DNA from: Desulfuromonadales bacterium
Lineage (GTDB): Bacteria; Desulfobacterota; Desulfuromonadia; Desulfuromonadales; SZUA-540
NCBI GenBank assembly: GCA_033549025.1
Contig: JAWSUS010000006.1
Location: forward strand, 1 to 64,000
Direction: 5' to 3'
Length of the DNA: 64,000 bases
Below the pieces are notes generated by a model. That model saw only the letters and a list, made by a program, of their open reading frames with translations. It did no database searches and was not told the DNA's origin. This document shows positions 45,977-57,162 of this stretch, piece after piece (position 1 is the stretch's first letter; each line of letters opens with the position of its first letter). A program made the translations under genes and the position numbers.

Positions 45977-46807
45977 ATGACCCAAGAAATCGCGATTGGG
46001 AATGTTGTCCTGGGGGGCAACCGCCCCTTGGCCCTCATTGCCGGCCCCTGCGCCATCGAGGACGAGGGGCTCACTCTGCGCATTGCCGAATATCTTCAGA
46101 AACTTTGCGCCGAGCTTGGCATCGGGCTGATTTTCAAGGCTTCCTATGACAAGGCCAACAGGACGTCCGTAACGTCCTTCCGTGGTCCGGGGCTTGAGGA
46201 AGGACTGCGTATCCTCGCGCGTGTTCGTCGCGAATTCGACCTGCCTGTTTTGTCCGATGTCCATGACGTCTCGCAGGTCGCAGCTGCGGCCGAAGTTCTT
46301 GACGTCATTCAGATCCCCGCTTTTCTCAGCCGTCAAACCGACCTTCTGGTGGCGGCCGGCGAGACAGGCAAGGTGGTCAATGTCAAGAAAGGTCAGTTTC
46401 TGGCCCCCTGGGACATGAAAAACGCCGTCGGAAAAATTGAATCGACGGGCAATCGCCAAATCCTGCTGACCGAACGCGGAGCCTCTTTCGGGTATAACAA
46501 CCTGGTTGTCGACATGCGCTCGCTGGTCATTATGCGTGAAATGGGGTATCCCGTCATTTTTGACGCCACCCACGCGGTTCAGCTGCCTGGCGGGGCAGGC
46601 GGTGCTTCCAGCGGACAGCGTCAATATGTCGGGGCCTTGTCCCGTGCCGCGGTCGCTACCGGAATCGACGCGCTCTTCTGGGAGGTTCACGAAGATCCTG
46701 ACCGGGCCCTTTGTGACGGGCCCAATTGCCTGCCGCTGGCCCAACTGAAGCAGTCGCTGCAGGAAGTCATGGCTATTGACCGTGTCGTTAAGGGAGTAGC
46801 GATATGA
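45977..46807 (+). CDS. kdsA: KDO8P synthase
   Basis: [28 protein letters not shown]. Confidence 0.97.
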   Translation: MTQEIAIGNVVLGGNRPLALIAGPCAIEDEGLTLRIAEYLQKLCAELGIGLIFKASYDKANRTSVTSFRGPGLEEGLRILARVRREFDLPVLSDVHDVSQVAAAAEVLDVIQIPAFLSRQTDLLVAAGETGKVVNVKKGQFLAPWDMKNAVGKIESTGNRQILLTERGASFGYNNLVVDMRSLVIMREMGYPVIFDATHAVQLPGGAGGASSGQRQYVGALSRAAVATGIDALFWEVHEDPDRALCDGPNCLPLAQLKQSLQEVMAIDRVVKGVAI

Positions 46808-47775
46808 CCAAAATCCTCGAAACGGCCCAAAGGGTATTGCATACGGAGGCGGACGCGGTTCAACGGCTTGTCGATCGTCTCGACGACCAGTTTGTCAAGG
46901 CGGTTCAGATGATCCTGTCGTGTTCGGGCCGCCTTGTTATCAGCGGCATGGGAAAGTCGGGACTCATCTGTCAAAAAATCGCCTCGACCATGGCCTCCAC
47001 GGGGACTCCCGCGCTCTTTCTGCATCCCGCCGAAGGCATCCATGGAGACCTGGGCATGCTGATGAAGGGGGATGTTGTTCTGGCAGTCTCCAACAGCGGT
47101 GAGACCGAAGAAATTCTGCGCATTCTGCCGGTGATCAAGCGGATGGGGCTGCCTCTCATTGCCATGAGCGGCAATGCCCGCAGTTCGCTGGCTCGCGCCG
47201 GCGATGTTTTTCTCGACATCTCGGTCCGGGAAGAGGCCTGCCCCCTGGGCCTGGCGCCCACGGCCAGTACGACCGCGACCTTGGCCATGGGAGATGCCCT
47301 GGCTGTTGCCCTGCTGATTGAACGGGGTTTCCGGGAAGAGGACTTCGCCCTCTTTCACCCCGGGGGGGCTTTGGGCAAGAAGCTTCTTCTGCGGGTCGAG
47401 GATCTGATGCACACGGGGGATGACATTCCCATGGTCGGCCAAAATACACCCCTGAAGGAAGCCTTGTTCGAAATTACCAGTAAAAAGCTCGGTATTACCG
47501 GGGTGGCGGACGTCCAGGGCGAACTGGCCGGGGTCTTCACCGATGGCGATTTGCGTCGTTCCATTGAAAAGGGGCTGGATGTCCTTAATCAGCCCATCGA
47601 AAACCTGATGAACGCCAATCCGAAGCGCATCCTGAGATCGAACCTGGCCGCCAAGGCGGTGCAGAGGATGGAAGAGTTTTCCATCACCTCCCTGTTCGTA
47701 TTCGAGGACGAAAACAGCCGGGTTCCGGTAGGCATCATTCACCTGCATGATCTGCTAAAATCGGGGGTTGTCTGA
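46804..47775 (+). CDS. kdsD: Arabinose-5-phosphate isomerase (KpsF/GutQ, SIS+CBS)
   Basis: [28 protein letters not shown] pair. Confidence 0.93.
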   Translation: MTKILETAQRVLHTEADAVQRLVDRLDDQFVKAVQMILSCSGRLVISGMGKSGLICQKIASTMASTGTPALFLHPAEGIHGDLGMLMKGDVVLAVSNSGETEEILRILPVIKRMGLPLIAMSGNARSSLARAGDVFLDISVREEACPLGLAPTASTTATLAMGDALAVALLIERGFREEDFALFHPGGALGKKLLLRVEDLMHTGDDIPMVGQNTPLKEALFEITSKKLGITGVADVQGELAGVFTDGDLRRSIEKGLDVLNQPIENLMNANPKRILRSNLAAKAVQRMEEFSITSLFVFEDENSRVPVGIIHLHDLLKSGVV

Positions 47776-48290
47776 TGAAGGACAGGCTTGCCAAAATACG
47801 GCTGCTGCTGCTGGATGTGGACGGCATACTCACCGATGGCCGGATTATCTACGATCACGACGGGGTCGAGTCGAAGATGTTTGATGTCAAGGATGGTCAT
47901 GGCCTCAAACTCATCCAGAGAGCCGGAATTCGCGTCGGGATCATAACCGGGCGCTCCTCTGAGGTCGTTGCCCTGCGCGCGCGTGAATTGGGGATCGATA
48001 TCGTTTATCAGGGAGCCAAGGAGAAGATGGTCCCTTACCGGGAGATTCTCGAGAAACTGGGTCTTGAGGACGATGAGGTCGCCTACATGGGGGATGATCT
48101 GGTGGATTTGCCGGTCCTGTCCCGGGTCGGATTCTCCGCGACGGTTGCCGACGCTGTCGAAGATATCAAGCCGTATGTTCACTATGTGGCTCAAAAAAAG
48201 GGGGGCCGTTCTGCTGTCCGGGAAGTGTGCGATCTTCTCCTGAAGGAAAGCGGGAGGTGGCCCGAGGTCACCCGCCGTTATTTTCCCTGA
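47775..48290 (+). CDS. kdsC: KDO8P phosphatase (HAD)
   Basis: LDVDGILTDG, FDVKDG, YMGDDLVD. Confidence 0.93.
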   Translation: MKDRLAKIRLLLLDVDGILTDGRIIYDHDGVESKMFDVKDGHGLKLIQRAGIRVGIITGRSSEVVALRARELGIDIVYQGAKEKMVPYREILEKLGLEDDEVAYMGDDLVDLPVLSRVGFSATVADAVEDIKPYVHYVAQKKGGRSAVREVCDLLLKESGRWPEVTRRYFP

Positions 48291-48369
48291 GACTCTATTC
48301 AAATCCCGTGCCAATCGGCGAACATCCCTCTTTACAGGGTCGGGACAATGATGCTAGTATGAGCACACC

Positions 48370-48939
48370 ATGGCCGGAAATGTAAATATTCGCACCATCT
48401 TGGGGTTTGTTATCGTGGCTCTCGTCGTCGCGTTGGCGGTGATGATTGCTCGTAATTTTAAAGGGTTTGAGACAACTGAAATTCTGGATAATCTGCCGGC
48501 CAATGTCGATTTGGCCATGAAGAGAATTCAGTACACGGAAACGCAGGACGGCGTGCCCCAGTGGACTCTTCAGGCCGATTCGGCCACGCACAGTTTCAGT
48601 CAGGGTGCAACGGACATTGAAAATATTCACATGGTTTTTTACGATCAGGGTGAACTTGGCGATGTAACCCTGACCGCTGACCAGGGCAGGTTTTTTTCTG
48701 AGCCCCAGGTGGTTGAGGTTCAGGGAAATGTTGTGGTGAAAAGCCCGGAGGGCTATACCTTTTATACCAATTCCCTCACTTTTACCGCTGAAGACAGGCA
48801 TATTCGAACGGATGATGATGTACGCCTTCTCTCCGGAGCCGCCGACATTAAGGGAAACGGTATGCTTCTGCATGTAGATACCAGGAAAATTACCATTCTT
48901 CGCGCTGTCTCCGCTGTTATCGAAGGGCAGGGGGCTTGA
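48370..48939 (+). CDS. lptC: LPS export protein LptC
   Basis: Single N-terminal TM followed by a beta-rich domain; kdsC-lptC-lptA-lptB synteny. Confidence 0.82.
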   Translation: MAGNVNIRTILGFVIVALVVALAVMIARNFKGFETTEILDNLPANVDLAMKRIQYTETQDGVPQWTLQADSATHSFSQGATDIENIHMVFYDQGELGDVTLTADQGRFFSEPQVVEVQGNVVVKSPEGYTFYTNSLTFTAEDRHIRTDDDVRLLSGAADIKGNGMLLHVDTRKITILRAVSAVIEGQGA

Positions 48940-48941
48940 CC

Positions 48942-49445
48942 ATGAAAATCTGGGTTGCGTTGTTCATGCTGTTGACCTGCCTGCTGGCGATACCCTGTGG
49001 GATTTTCGCGGAAGAAAATGCCGCTGAAAGTCTCGGTGGTCGCGATGAACCGATCCATGTGGTTTCCGACCAGCTCGAAGCCGACCAGGCAGGGAAAGAG
49101 GTTCGTTTTATCGGGAACGTCGTGGCCCGGCAAGGCGAGGTCGTCATGTACGCTCAAGAGATGCGCCTGGTCTACGATAGCGAAACCCGCGAGGTTGAAA
49201 AGGTCGTCGCCACCGGTGATGTGCGAATCGTGCAGGGCGACAGAGTGGCAACGGGTCAGCAGGGCACTCTCTTTAATGCCGAAAAGAAAATGGTTCTGAC
49301 CGGAAACCCCAAACTGTTTCAGGGTGAAAATTCGGTAAGCGGCGACGAAATCACAGTCTATCTCGAGGAGGAGCGAAGCACCGTGAGCAGTGCCGGGGGC
49401 TCCAGGGTGCAGGCCATCTTTCATCCGAAAGAGGAAAGCCCGTGA
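48942..49445 (+). CDS. lptA: LPS transport periplasmic protein LptA
   Basis: Signal peptide, [30 protein letters not shown]. Confidence 0.88.
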   Translation: MKIWVALFMLLTCLLAIPCGIFAEENAAESLGGRDEPIHVVSDQLEADQAGKEVRFIGNVVARQGEVVMYAQEMRLVYDSETREVEKVVATGDVRIVQGDRVATGQQGTLFNAEKKMVLTGNPKLFQGENSVSGDEITVYLEEERSTVSSAGGSRVQAIFHPKEESP

Positions 49446-50167
49446 GTCACAAGTTGTCAGCTCGGGGACTCAGTAAGGCGTACAAGGGCCGGCAGGTAGT
49501 TCGCGGTGTGGATCTAGCGGTTTCTTCCGGTGAGGTTATCGGCCTCCTCGGGCCCAACGGCGCCGGCAAAACGACCTCCTTTTACATGGTTGTTGGGCTG
49601 ATACGCCCTGATTCCGGACGGGTTTTCCTCGATGACCTTGAGTTGACGGATTTTCCCATGTTTCAGCGCGCGAGGGCCGGTATTTCGTATCTCCCTCAGG
49701 AAGCTTCGGTTTTTCGTAAACTGACCGTGGCCCAGAATTTACTGGCTATTCTGGAAACCCTCAACATCCCTGCGGCCGAATGCAGGGCCCGGAAAGATCG
49801 TCTCCTGGAGGAATTCCGTCTCAGCCACGTAGCCGATACCTATGGATATGCACTGTCCGGTGGCGAAAGAAGGCGCCTTGAAATCGCCAGGGCCCTGGTT
49901 ATTGAACCATCTTTCATCCTGTTGGATGAGCCTTTTGCCGGAATTGACCCCATTGCCGTCATGGATATTCAGAACATTATCTCTGATTTGAAGGCCCGTG
50001 GTATCGGCGTTCTTATTTCGGATCATAACGTACGTGAAACCCTGGGTGTTTGTGACAGTGCCTACATCCTTAACGAAGGGGGAATCCTGGAACATGGAAC
50101 CCCCGCTGAAATTGCCGGGAGTGAAAAAGCTCGGGCGATCTATCTTGGGGATAAGTTTAAACTTTAA
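49442..50167 (+). CDS. lptB: LPS export ABC ATPase LptB
   Basis: [41 protein letters not shown]. Confidence 0.96.
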   Translation: MSHKLSARGLSKAYKGRQVVRGVDLAVSSGEVIGLLGPNGAGKTTSFYMVVGLIRPDSGRVFLDDLELTDFPMFQRARAGISYLPQEASVFRKLTVAQNLLAILETLNIPAAECRARKDRLLEEFRLSHVADTYGYALSGGERRRLEIARALVIEPSFILLDEPFAGIDPIAVMDIQNIISDLKARGIGVLISDHNVRETLGVCDSAYILNEGGILEHGTPAEIAGSEKARAIYLGDKFKL

Positions 50168-50220
50168 CGGCCCCCTTGGACCTGGCGAAGAAAGGGTCCA
50201 GACTTCTCTTCGGGAGTGAC

Positions 50221-51672
50221 ATGGCTTTAGAGATTCGGCAACAGCTTAAACTGAGTCAGCAACTGGTCATGACGCCGCAACTGCAGCAGGCGATCAAGCT
50301 TCTTCAGCTTTCGCGCATGGAGCTTGTTGACATGGTGCAGCAGGAACTCGAGGAAAATCCGCTTCTTGAGGAGGGGGTCGAGTCCGTCGATGAGATCGAG
50401 AAAAACCCGGATTCTCGCGATGAGGCGGAGATGGTGCAGGCCTCCTCCGAAGAGGTGAAAGAGGTCAAGGGAGAATCGGAAGGCCTCGGAGATATCGACT
50501 GGCAAACCTACCTCGAAGGATACAGCCTTGGCGGATCTACCGCCGACTACTACGAGGAAGACGATGATCGCCCCTCCTACGAAAATCTTATCACCAAAAA
50601 GGGGACCCTCACGGATCATCTGCTGTGGCAATTGAACCTGTCCCCTTTTGACGAAAGGGAGCGCCAGATTGCCGAAGAGATTATCGGCAACCTGAATGAG
50701 GACGGCTATCTGATCGCGTCTTTGGAGGAAATTGCCGAGCAGGTGCACGCTGAAATTCCAGACATAGAGTCTGTTCTCAAGAAAGTGCAGGATTTTGATC
50801 CCGTCGGCGTGGCCAGCCGCAATCTTCAGGAATGCCTTCTGAAGCAGGTGGAACAGCTTGAACTGGATAATTCCACCGTTGTGGCTATCCTGGAAAACCA
50901 CATAGGGGACCTGGAATCCCGCAAGTATCCCGCTATTGCCAAAGCTCTTGGTGTCACTCTGGATGAGGTTCTCGGTGCCGCCAAGGTTATTTCTCATCTT
51001 GACCCCCGTCCCGGCAGACCCTACTGGCAGGAAGACTCCCACTATATCGTGCCGGACGTCAGCGTATACAAAATCGGGGACGAATATGTTGTCGTTCTCA
51101 ACGACGAAGGACTGCCCAATCTTCGGATCAACTCCTTCTATCGCAGTGCGCTTTCAGGCGGTTCCGATATTGACGCGAAGGCCGGTGAGTACATTCAGGA
51201 AAAAATGCGCGGAGCCATGTGGCTGATCAAGAGCATTCATCAGCGGCAGCGGACCATCTACAAGGTGACCAAATCCATTGTGAAGTTCCAGCGCGATTTC
51301 TTCGACTGGGGCATCGAACATCTCAAGCCTCTCGTTCTCCGTGATGTCGCGGAAGATATCGAAATGCATGAATCGACTATCAGCCGGGTAACAACGAACA
51401 AATATGTCCAGACCCCGCAAGGGCTATTTGAGTTGAAATATTTCTTCAACAGTGGAATCAGCACAACGCAGGGAGAAACCATCGCCTCTGAAAGCGTCAA
51501 AAGCAAAATCAAGGAAATCATCAGCGGCGAAAACGTGAAAAAACCTTATTCTGATCAGAAACTGGTTGAGCTTTTGCGCGGCCATGGAATCGATATTGCT
51601 CGACGGACAGTAACCAAATATAGAGAAATGCTGGGGATTGGCTCATCCACCGAACGTAAGCGTCACTTTTGA
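50221..51672 (+). CDS. rpoN: RNA polymerase sigma-54 factor
   Basis: MTPQLQQAIKLLQLS, HESTISR, RpoN box ARRTVTKYRE. Confidence 0.98.
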   Translation: MALEIRQQLKLSQQLVMTPQLQQAIKLLQLSRMELVDMVQQELEENPLLEEGVESVDEIEKNPDSRDEAEMVQASSEEVKEVKGESEGLGDIDWQTYLEGYSLGGSTADYYEEDDDRPSYENLITKKGTLTDHLLWQLNLSPFDERERQIAEEIIGNLNEDGYLIASLEEIAEQVHAEIPDIESVLKKVQDFDPVGVASRNLQECLLKQVEQLELDNSTVVAILENHIGDLESRKYPAIAKALGVTLDEVLGAAKVISHLDPRPGRPYWQEDSHYIVPDVSVYKIGDEYVVVLNDEGLPNLRINSFYRSALSGGSDIDAKAGEYIQEKMRGAMWLIKSIHQRQRTIYKVTKSIVKFQRDFFDWGIEHLKPLVLRDVAEDIEMHESTISRVTTNKYVQTPQGLFELKYFFNSGISTTQGETIASESVKSKIKEIISGENVKKPYSDQKLVELLRGHGIDIARRTVTKYREMLGIGSSTERKRHF

Positions 51673-51763
51673 TGGGCCTCGGCGTGGCCATCCCCGTAAT
51701 CGGGGTTATAATTCAATAAGAAACGACTTGATCCCTCAGGGATATTTTCAACAGGAGGTATTT

Positions 51764-52312
51764 ATGCAGATTGCCGTAACATTCAGACATATGGAAACCA
51801 GCGATCCCGTTCGCACCTACGTGGAAGAAAAACTTGACCGCGTCAAAAAGTATATCGATGAGCCCATCGATGCACAGGTGGTCATTTCCGTCGAAAAGAA
51901 AATCAGGCATCGTGCCGAAGTCAATCTCGTAGCCAAGGGGATCACCATCAAGGGGTCGGAAGAGACCAACGACATGTATGCGGCCATTGACGCCGTGGTG
52001 GATAAAATCGAGCGTCAATTGAAGCGCTACAAGGAAAAACTCAAAAAACACAAGCCGCTTTCCGGGCGTGAAAGACAGGTGCAGAAAACGGTACTCGCCG
52101 CTGAAAGTATCGATGAGGGGGCTGAACAGCCCGTCATCGTGCGTACCAATCGCTTTTCGGTGAAGCCGATGTCCGTCGAAGAGGCCGTCATGCAGATGGA
52201 TCTTCTGCACAAGGAATTCCTCGTTTTCACTGATGACAAGACCGAGGAGATCAACGTGGTGTATCGCCGCAAGGATGGCAATTACGGCCTGATCGCACCC
52301 GAAAGCAAGTAA
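51764..52312 (+). CDS. hpf: Ribosome hibernation promoting factor (long HPF/RaiA)
   Basis: DMYAAID...KIERQL, KPMSVEEAVMQM, VYRRKDGNYGLI; AGGAGG RBS. Confidence 0.93.
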   Translation: MQIAVTFRHMETSDPVRTYVEEKLDRVKKYIDEPIDAQVVISVEKKIRHRAEVNLVAKGITIKGSEETNDMYAAIDAVVDKIERQLKRYKEKLKKHKPLSGRERQVQKTVLAAESIDEGAEQPVIVRTNRFSVKPMSVEEAVMQMDLLHKEFLVFTDDKTEEINVVYRRKDGNYGLIAPESK

Positions 52313-52330
52313 AAAGTAAAACAATTGCGA

Positions 52331-52361
52331 TGGGGGGAAGGATAGTGTATCCTTCCCCCCA
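52331..52361. other. Perfect 14-bp inverted repeat (hairpin) between hpf and ptsN
   Basis: TGGGGGGAAGGATA-GTG-TATCCTTCCCCCCA. Confidence 0.8.
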
Positions 52362-52399
52362 CTGATTTGAGCGAACCCTGAAAGGCTGCTTGAAGAAAC

Positions 52400-52861
52400 A
52401 TGAAGATTGCTGATTTCTTAAACGCTTCCGCTATAGCGGATGACCTGAAGGCCAGGGGCAAGAACGATGTTCTTGCCGAGTTGACGGACACCATCGTCCA
52501 TGCCGACAAGAGCCTTGATCGCGACGAAGTGATGCGAGTGCTCCAGGAGCGGGAAAAACTGGGAAGCACCGGGATCGGTGATGGGGTTGCTATCCCTCAC
52601 GGGAAACTCAAAAACATCAGCAATCTTTTGATTTCTTTTGGACGAAGTCGTGATGGGGTCGATTTTGACTCCATGGACGGCAAGCCGGCTCACCTCTTCT
52701 TTCTCCTGATTGCGCCGGAAGAATCGGTCGGCATTCACCTGAAAACCCTCGCCCGCATTTCCAAGCTGTTGAAAAACCCCGCAGTGCGGCAGAGGCTCCT
52801 CCAGGCCGAGAACGCAGGCGACATCTATTCCATTATCCTTGAAGAGGAAGAAAAGCTGTAA
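52400..52861 (+). CDS. ptsN: PTS EIIA (Ntr/fructose-mannitol type)
   Basis: REKLGSTGIGDGVAIPHGK, HLKTLARIS. Confidence 0.88.
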   Translation: MKIADFLNASAIADDLKARGKNDVLAELTDTIVHADKSLDRDEVMRVLQEREKLGSTGIGDGVAIPHGKLKNISNLLISFGRSRDGVDFDSMDGKPAHLFFLLIAPEESVGIHLKTLARISKLLKNPAVRQRLLQAENAGDIYSIILEEEEKL

Positions 52862-52936
52862 AACAAACTCCACTCAGGTTTCTTTCAGATTGTTCGGTCA
52901 TTTCTCCATCGACTTCTTTCGTATAGGGAAAATCCC

Positions 52937-53911
52937 ATGCCAGGTCTGAGCATCCAGGAATTATTGAGTGAAAAAGAGGCTGGACTAGACCTGGAGCTGC
53001 TCGCGGGTGAAAAGGGACTGAGCAACCTGGTCACCGTGCCCCGCATCCAGAAACCAGGACTGGCGCTGGCCGGATATATCACCAATCTCCATCCTGACCG
53101 CATTCAGGTTCTGGGGTCCACCGAACTCAGCTATCTTGACCATCTCCCCCCCGATACAGCCGCCTCCAACTTGCGACAACTGATCGCGCTGGACAACTCC
53201 TGCTTTATTATTACGAAGGGGCAGGATGCTCCCGAAATGCTCATCCGGGAGACGGAAAAACAAGGCACGCCCCTTTTACGAACCCACCATCAAAGCTCCA
53301 CCTTTATTTCTCTTATTACCAAATTTCTCGAAGAACGCCTGTTGCCCGCAACAACCGTTCACGGTGTTCTTGTCGAAGTGGCCGGGGTTGGCGTCCTTAT
53401 CCTGGGTAAAAGCGGCATGGGAAAAAGTGAATGTGCCCTTGACCTGGTTTTGCGAGGGCATCGACTTGTGGCCGATGACGTTGTCAAGGTTCGGTTGAAG
53501 CTTCCCGCTGTTCTTTTTGGCGAGGGAAGCGACCTGCTGCACTATCATATGGAAATACGCGGTCTGGGTATCATCAACATCAAGCACCTTTTTGGGGTGG
53601 CGGCAATCCGTGAACGAAAAAAAATAGATCTCGCTGTGGAACTGGTGGAGTGGGAGGAAGGGCGGGAATATGATCGACTCGGACTGGAAGAGCAAACCTA
53701 CAGCCTTCTGGGTGTTGAAATTCCCCTTCTCAAAATCCCTGTGCGTCCCGGTCGGAACATGACCTCCATTGTCGAAGTGGCCGCGCGCAACCAGATACTC
53801 AAGGAAATGGGATATCACAGTGCCATCGAATTTCAGGACCGCCTGGAAAAGCGCATGGCAGAGATGGCCCGCCTTCACGCTCATACCATCATAGGGGACA
53901 ATCTGGAGTAA
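52937..53911 (+). CDS. hprK: HPr kinase/phosphorylase
   Basis: HGVLVEV, GKSGMGKSE, RGHRLVADD, MEIRGLGII, PVRPGRN. Confidence 0.95.
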   Translation: MPGLSIQELLSEKEAGLDLELLAGEKGLSNLVTVPRIQKPGLALAGYITNLHPDRIQVLGSTELSYLDHLPPDTAASNLRQLIALDNSCFIITKGQDAPEMLIRETEKQGTPLLRTHHQSSTFISLITKFLEERLLPATTVHGVLVEVAGVGVLILGKSGMGKSECALDLVLRGHRLVADDVVKVRLKLPAVLFGEGSDLLHYHMEIRGLGIINIKHLFGVAAIRERKKIDLAVELVEWEEGREYDRLGLEEQTYSLLGVEIPLLKIPVRPGRNMTSIVEVAARNQILKEMGYHSAIEFQDRLEKRMAEMARLHAHTIIGDNLE

Positions 53912-53917
53912 TTCTGC

Positions 53918-54775
53918 ATGCGCCTGATCATTATCACGGGGATGTCCGGTTCTGGGAAAAGCACCGCTGCCCGTGCCCTTGAAGATGACGGTTTTTTTGT
54001 CATAGACAACCTTCCGCCGGTGATGCTGCCCACATTTCTTGAGGTGACCCAGGAACAGAGGACTGACGCTCAAGATATTGCTGTGGTCATGGATGTTCGC
54101 AGCCGCAGTTTTCTGCATGGCTGTGAGAGAGTTCTGGTCTCAATGGCGCAGCAGGGGCATGAAGTTGAAATCCTCTTTTTTGAGGCGACGGATGAAATGC
54201 TCGTTCGGCGGTACTCGGAAACCCGTCGCCGGCATCCCATGTCTCTTAACGGAGGGGTCCAGGAGGGCATTCTGCGCGAACGAATGCTTTTGGACCCTCT
54301 GCGAAAATTGAGCACCACCCTCATCGATACGACCCAACTGAGTCCTCATCAGTTGCGCGACAAGGTCATCAATGCGGTCTGTGGTCATGAGGGCAGTACT
54401 CCTTTGGCCGTATGTCTGCAGTCCTTTGGCTTTCGCTACGGTATCCCGCCGGGCTCCGATCTGGTTATCGATGTCCGCTTTCTGCCGAATCCTCATTTTG
54501 TCAAAGATTTGCGGCCATTTACCGGCAAGGATGCCGCCGTGCAGGAGTTCGTGTTGAATCAACCGGTCTGCCAGGAGTTTCTCGAGCGTTTTAAGGGGTT
54601 GCTCGAATTTCTGCTGCCGCAGTATCGTTCCGAAGGTAAAAGCTACCTGACCCTGTCCATTGGCTGTACGGGGGGGCGGCATCGCAGTGTGACGCTTGTT
54701 GAAGCACTACGGTCTGTTTTTGATATCGAAGGAATTTCACTCGAAGTTGTTCATCGGGATATAGCGAAAGGATAG
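53918..54775 (+). CDS. rapZ: RNase adapter RapZ (YvcJ family P-loop protein)
   Basis: GMSGSGKS, RRYSETRRRHP, SFGFRYG, GCTGGRHRSV. Confidence 0.93.
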   Translation: MRLIIITGMSGSGKSTAARALEDDGFFVIDNLPPVMLPTFLEVTQEQRTDAQDIAVVMDVRSRSFLHGCERVLVSMAQQGHEVEILFFEATDEMLVRRYSETRRRHPMSLNGGVQEGILRERMLLDPLRKLSTTLIDTTQLSPHQLRDKVINAVCGHEGSTPLAVCLQSFGFRYGIPPGSDLVIDVRFLPNPHFVKDLRPFTGKDAAVQEFVLNQPVCQEFLERFKGLLEFLLPQYRSEGKSYLTLSIGCTGGRHRSVTLVEALRSVFDIEGISLEVVHRDIAKG

Positions 54776-54778
54776 CTC

Positions 54779-55177
54779 ATGGTCGGTCTGGTTATCGCGA
54801 CCCATTCCAATCTGGCCGAAGAATTCATCCGGGCGGCGGAAATGATCATCGGGCCGGTCAAAAACGTCAGGGCCATCTGTATCCGGCAGGAAGACAGTGT
54901 CGAGACGATCCGGGAGCGCATCGACCAGGGCATCGAAGCGGTGGGAGGCGATGGTGATGGCGTTCTGGTTATGACCGACATGTTTGGTGGGACTCCGGCC
55001 AATATTGCGATCTCCTTTCTTGAAAAGGACAGAGTCGATGTTCTGACCGGCGTTAATCTGCCCATGATCATCAAATTGCTCAACAGCCAGGAATCCGTTT
55101 CCTTTCATGAATTGGGTGCCATGCTTAGGGCCTATGGCCAGCAGAGTATTTATCTGGCCAGCGATATGCTTTCCTGA
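54779..55177 (+). CDS. PTS mannose-family EIIA
   Basis: IATHSNLA, TDMFGGTP, GVNLPM. Confidence 0.9.
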   Translation: MVGLVIATHSNLAEEFIRAAEMIIGPVKNVRAICIRQEDSVETIRERIDQGIEAVGGDGDGVLVMTDMFGGTPANIAISFLEKDRVDVLTGVNLPMIIKLLNSQESVSFHELGAMLRAYGQQSIYLASDMLS

Positions 55178-55205
55178 GGTACGATTTCTCGGAGAATCCT
55201 GTTTT

Positions 55206-55694
55206 ATGAGCATTGTATTGGCTCGCATTGATAACCGTTTGATTCACGGTCAAGTTCTCGAATCCTGGGTGCCCGCCACGCGGGCTGATTGCATCGTCGT
55301 GGCCAGCGATTCACTGCCCGAGCAGCCTTTTCAGAAGATGCTGATGAAAGCGGCTGTGCCCAAAAATATTCGCGTTGAAATCGAAACCGTCGACGCCGCC
55401 GTTCAATTGCTGGCTTCGGACGACCTGACCGGCAAGCGGGTGATGATCCTTTTTGCCAACTCAGCGGACAGTCGCCACGCGCATGAACTGGGGATGGTGT
55501 TTTCGGAGCTCAATCTTGGGAATATGCACGGCGGCACCGGCAAGTTTCGAGTCAGCTGTACGCTGGCCCTCAATGATGAAGATGTGGAGAACCTTCGTTC
55601 TCTGGAAAAGGACGGAATCGATATCGTTTCCCAGTGCTTTCCGTCGGACAGAAAACAGAGATGGGATAAGCTGATCAAGGCTCCCATAAAATAA
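55206..55694 (+). CDS. PTS mannose/sorbose-family EIIB
   Basis: RIDNRLIHGQV...W, LNLGNMH. Confidence 0.9.
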   Translation: MSIVLARIDNRLIHGQVLESWVPATRADCIVVASDSLPEQPFQKMLMKAAVPKNIRVEIETVDAAVQLLASDDLTGKRVMILFANSADSRHAHELGMVFSELNLGNMHGGTGKFRVSCTLALNDEDVENLRSLEKDGIDIVSQCFPSDRKQRWDKLIKAPIK

Positions 55695-55695
55695 T

Positions 55696-56388
55696 ATGCC
55701 TATCGATAAAATTTTCCTTGCCAGTCTTGTGGCCATCTTTGCCGGAATCGATAGGACGGCCATGTGGCAGTTCATGCTTTCTCGCCCCATCGTCGCCGCG
55801 CCGCTGACAGGTGTTCTGCTTGGCGACCCCGAAGCGGGTTTGCTTGTGGGGATGCTGGTCGAACTGCTTTGGCTGGGGCGCCTTCCCGTGGGGGCAGCCA
55901 TCCCGCCGGACGATACCCAGGTGGCCGTGGCCGCCGTCGCCCTGACCGCCATATTGGGCCCCCTGCAAGGGTATGAGGGGCCGGCATTGGCCATACTGGC
56001 GACCATCGTCACGCTACCCCTCGGCAAGGTCGGGCAGCTTTTCGACAGGGCGGCACGTCATGGCAACGGACGCCTTTTAACAAAGGCGGAAGAAGCCGTG
56101 GCCGAGGGAAGAGTGGACCAGATTGAAGGATTTCACCTCAGGGGGCTGGGAAACTTCGCCTTGGCTGCTCTTGCCACCTTTGTTGTCCTCTTTGTTTCGG
56201 GGACGGTCCTTATGACCTGGCTTGGTCCATTGGTCTTTCCACTGATTGACCAATCGATCACCTGGTGGATTGTCGCCTTCCCCTGTATCGGGGCGGGCGC
56301 TATCATCGGCACCATCAATGTGACGCGCAAAGCCACTTTGTTTACGGCCTCTTTTGCCACGGTATTCCTTACTCTCTGGCTACTTTAA
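55696..56388 (+). CDS. PTS mannose-family EIIC
   Basis: SRPIVAAPL, ELLWLG...VGAAIPPD; hydrophobic. Confidence 0.85.
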   Translation: MPIDKIFLASLVAIFAGIDRTAMWQFMLSRPIVAAPLTGVLLGDPEAGLLVGMLVELLWLGRLPVGAAIPPDDTQVAVAAVALTAILGPLQGYEGPALAILATIVTLPLGKVGQLFDRAARHGNGRLLTKAEEAVAEGRVDQIEGFHLRGLGNFALAALATFVVLFVSGTVLMTWLGPLVFPLIDQSITWWIVAFPCIGAGAIIGTINVTRKATLFTASFATVFLTLWLL

Positions 56389-56400
56389 CGGATCAACGGC

Positions 56401-57153
56401 ATGAATCGTAAACTGCCTGCCAAAATTATCGCGCAAATTCTGCCGCGACTCTTTCTGCTCCAGGCCAGCTGGAACTTCGAGAGGCTGCAAAGTTTGGGGG
56501 CTCTTTACGTCATGGCGCCGGGATTGCGATTTCTCTACCAGGGGAAGGATTTGTCCATGGCTTTTCAGCGACATCTTTCATATTTCAATACCCATCCCTA
56601 TATGGCTTCGCCCGTGCTCGGGGCTGCCCTTGCTCTGGAGGAGTCTGGCGCCAACGGACAGGATTCCATGCTCGGGGTGGATGAATTCAAGGAAATGACC
56701 ATGGCGCCCTATGCCGCTATGGGCGATGCCCTTTTTTGGGGGGCTCTCCGTCCCCTGGCCGCCGGCGTCTCACTTTTTTTCGCGGTCAAGGGATCTCTGT
56801 GGGCGCCCGTGGTTTTTTTGCTCCTTTTCAACGCACCTCACTTGTGGATGAGGGTCGGCGGCTTTTTCCGCGGCTATCGCCGTGGTCTGCAGGTCGTGGA
56901 AGTATTGCAGAAGCGAAGTCTGCCCGACCTGGCGCTCCGGATCAAGGAGGCGACCGTTGTTCTGCTAGGGGGGCTGACCGCCTTCTTGTCTTTTCAGCTT
57001 ATGGAAACAGAAGAAATTTTCCCCTTGTGGGGGTTTGGAATCCTGGCCGCCATCGGCGGCGTTGCCTGGATGATTCACCGTCGGGTCTCAGTTTTATTCA
57101 TGGTTATGTTTGGTGTTTTTTTACTGATTGTGATGGCATGGTTTGGTAGCTAG
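56401..57153 (+). CDS. PTS mannose-family EIID
   Basis: QASWNFERLQ, FNTHPY, AAMGDALFWG. Confidence 0.9.
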   Translation: MNRKLPAKIIAQILPRLFLLQASWNFERLQSLGALYVMAPGLRFLYQGKDLSMAFQRHLSYFNTHPYMASPVLGAALALEESGANGQDSMLGVDEFKEMTMAPYAAMGDALFWGALRPLAAGVSLFFAVKGSLWAPVVFLLLFNAPHLWMRVGGFFRGYRRGLQVVEVLQKRSLPDLALRIKEATVVLLGGLTAFLSFQLMETEEIFPLWGFGILAAIGGVAWMIHRRVSVLFMVMFGVFLLIVMAWFGS

Positions 57154-57162
57154 GGGGAGGCA

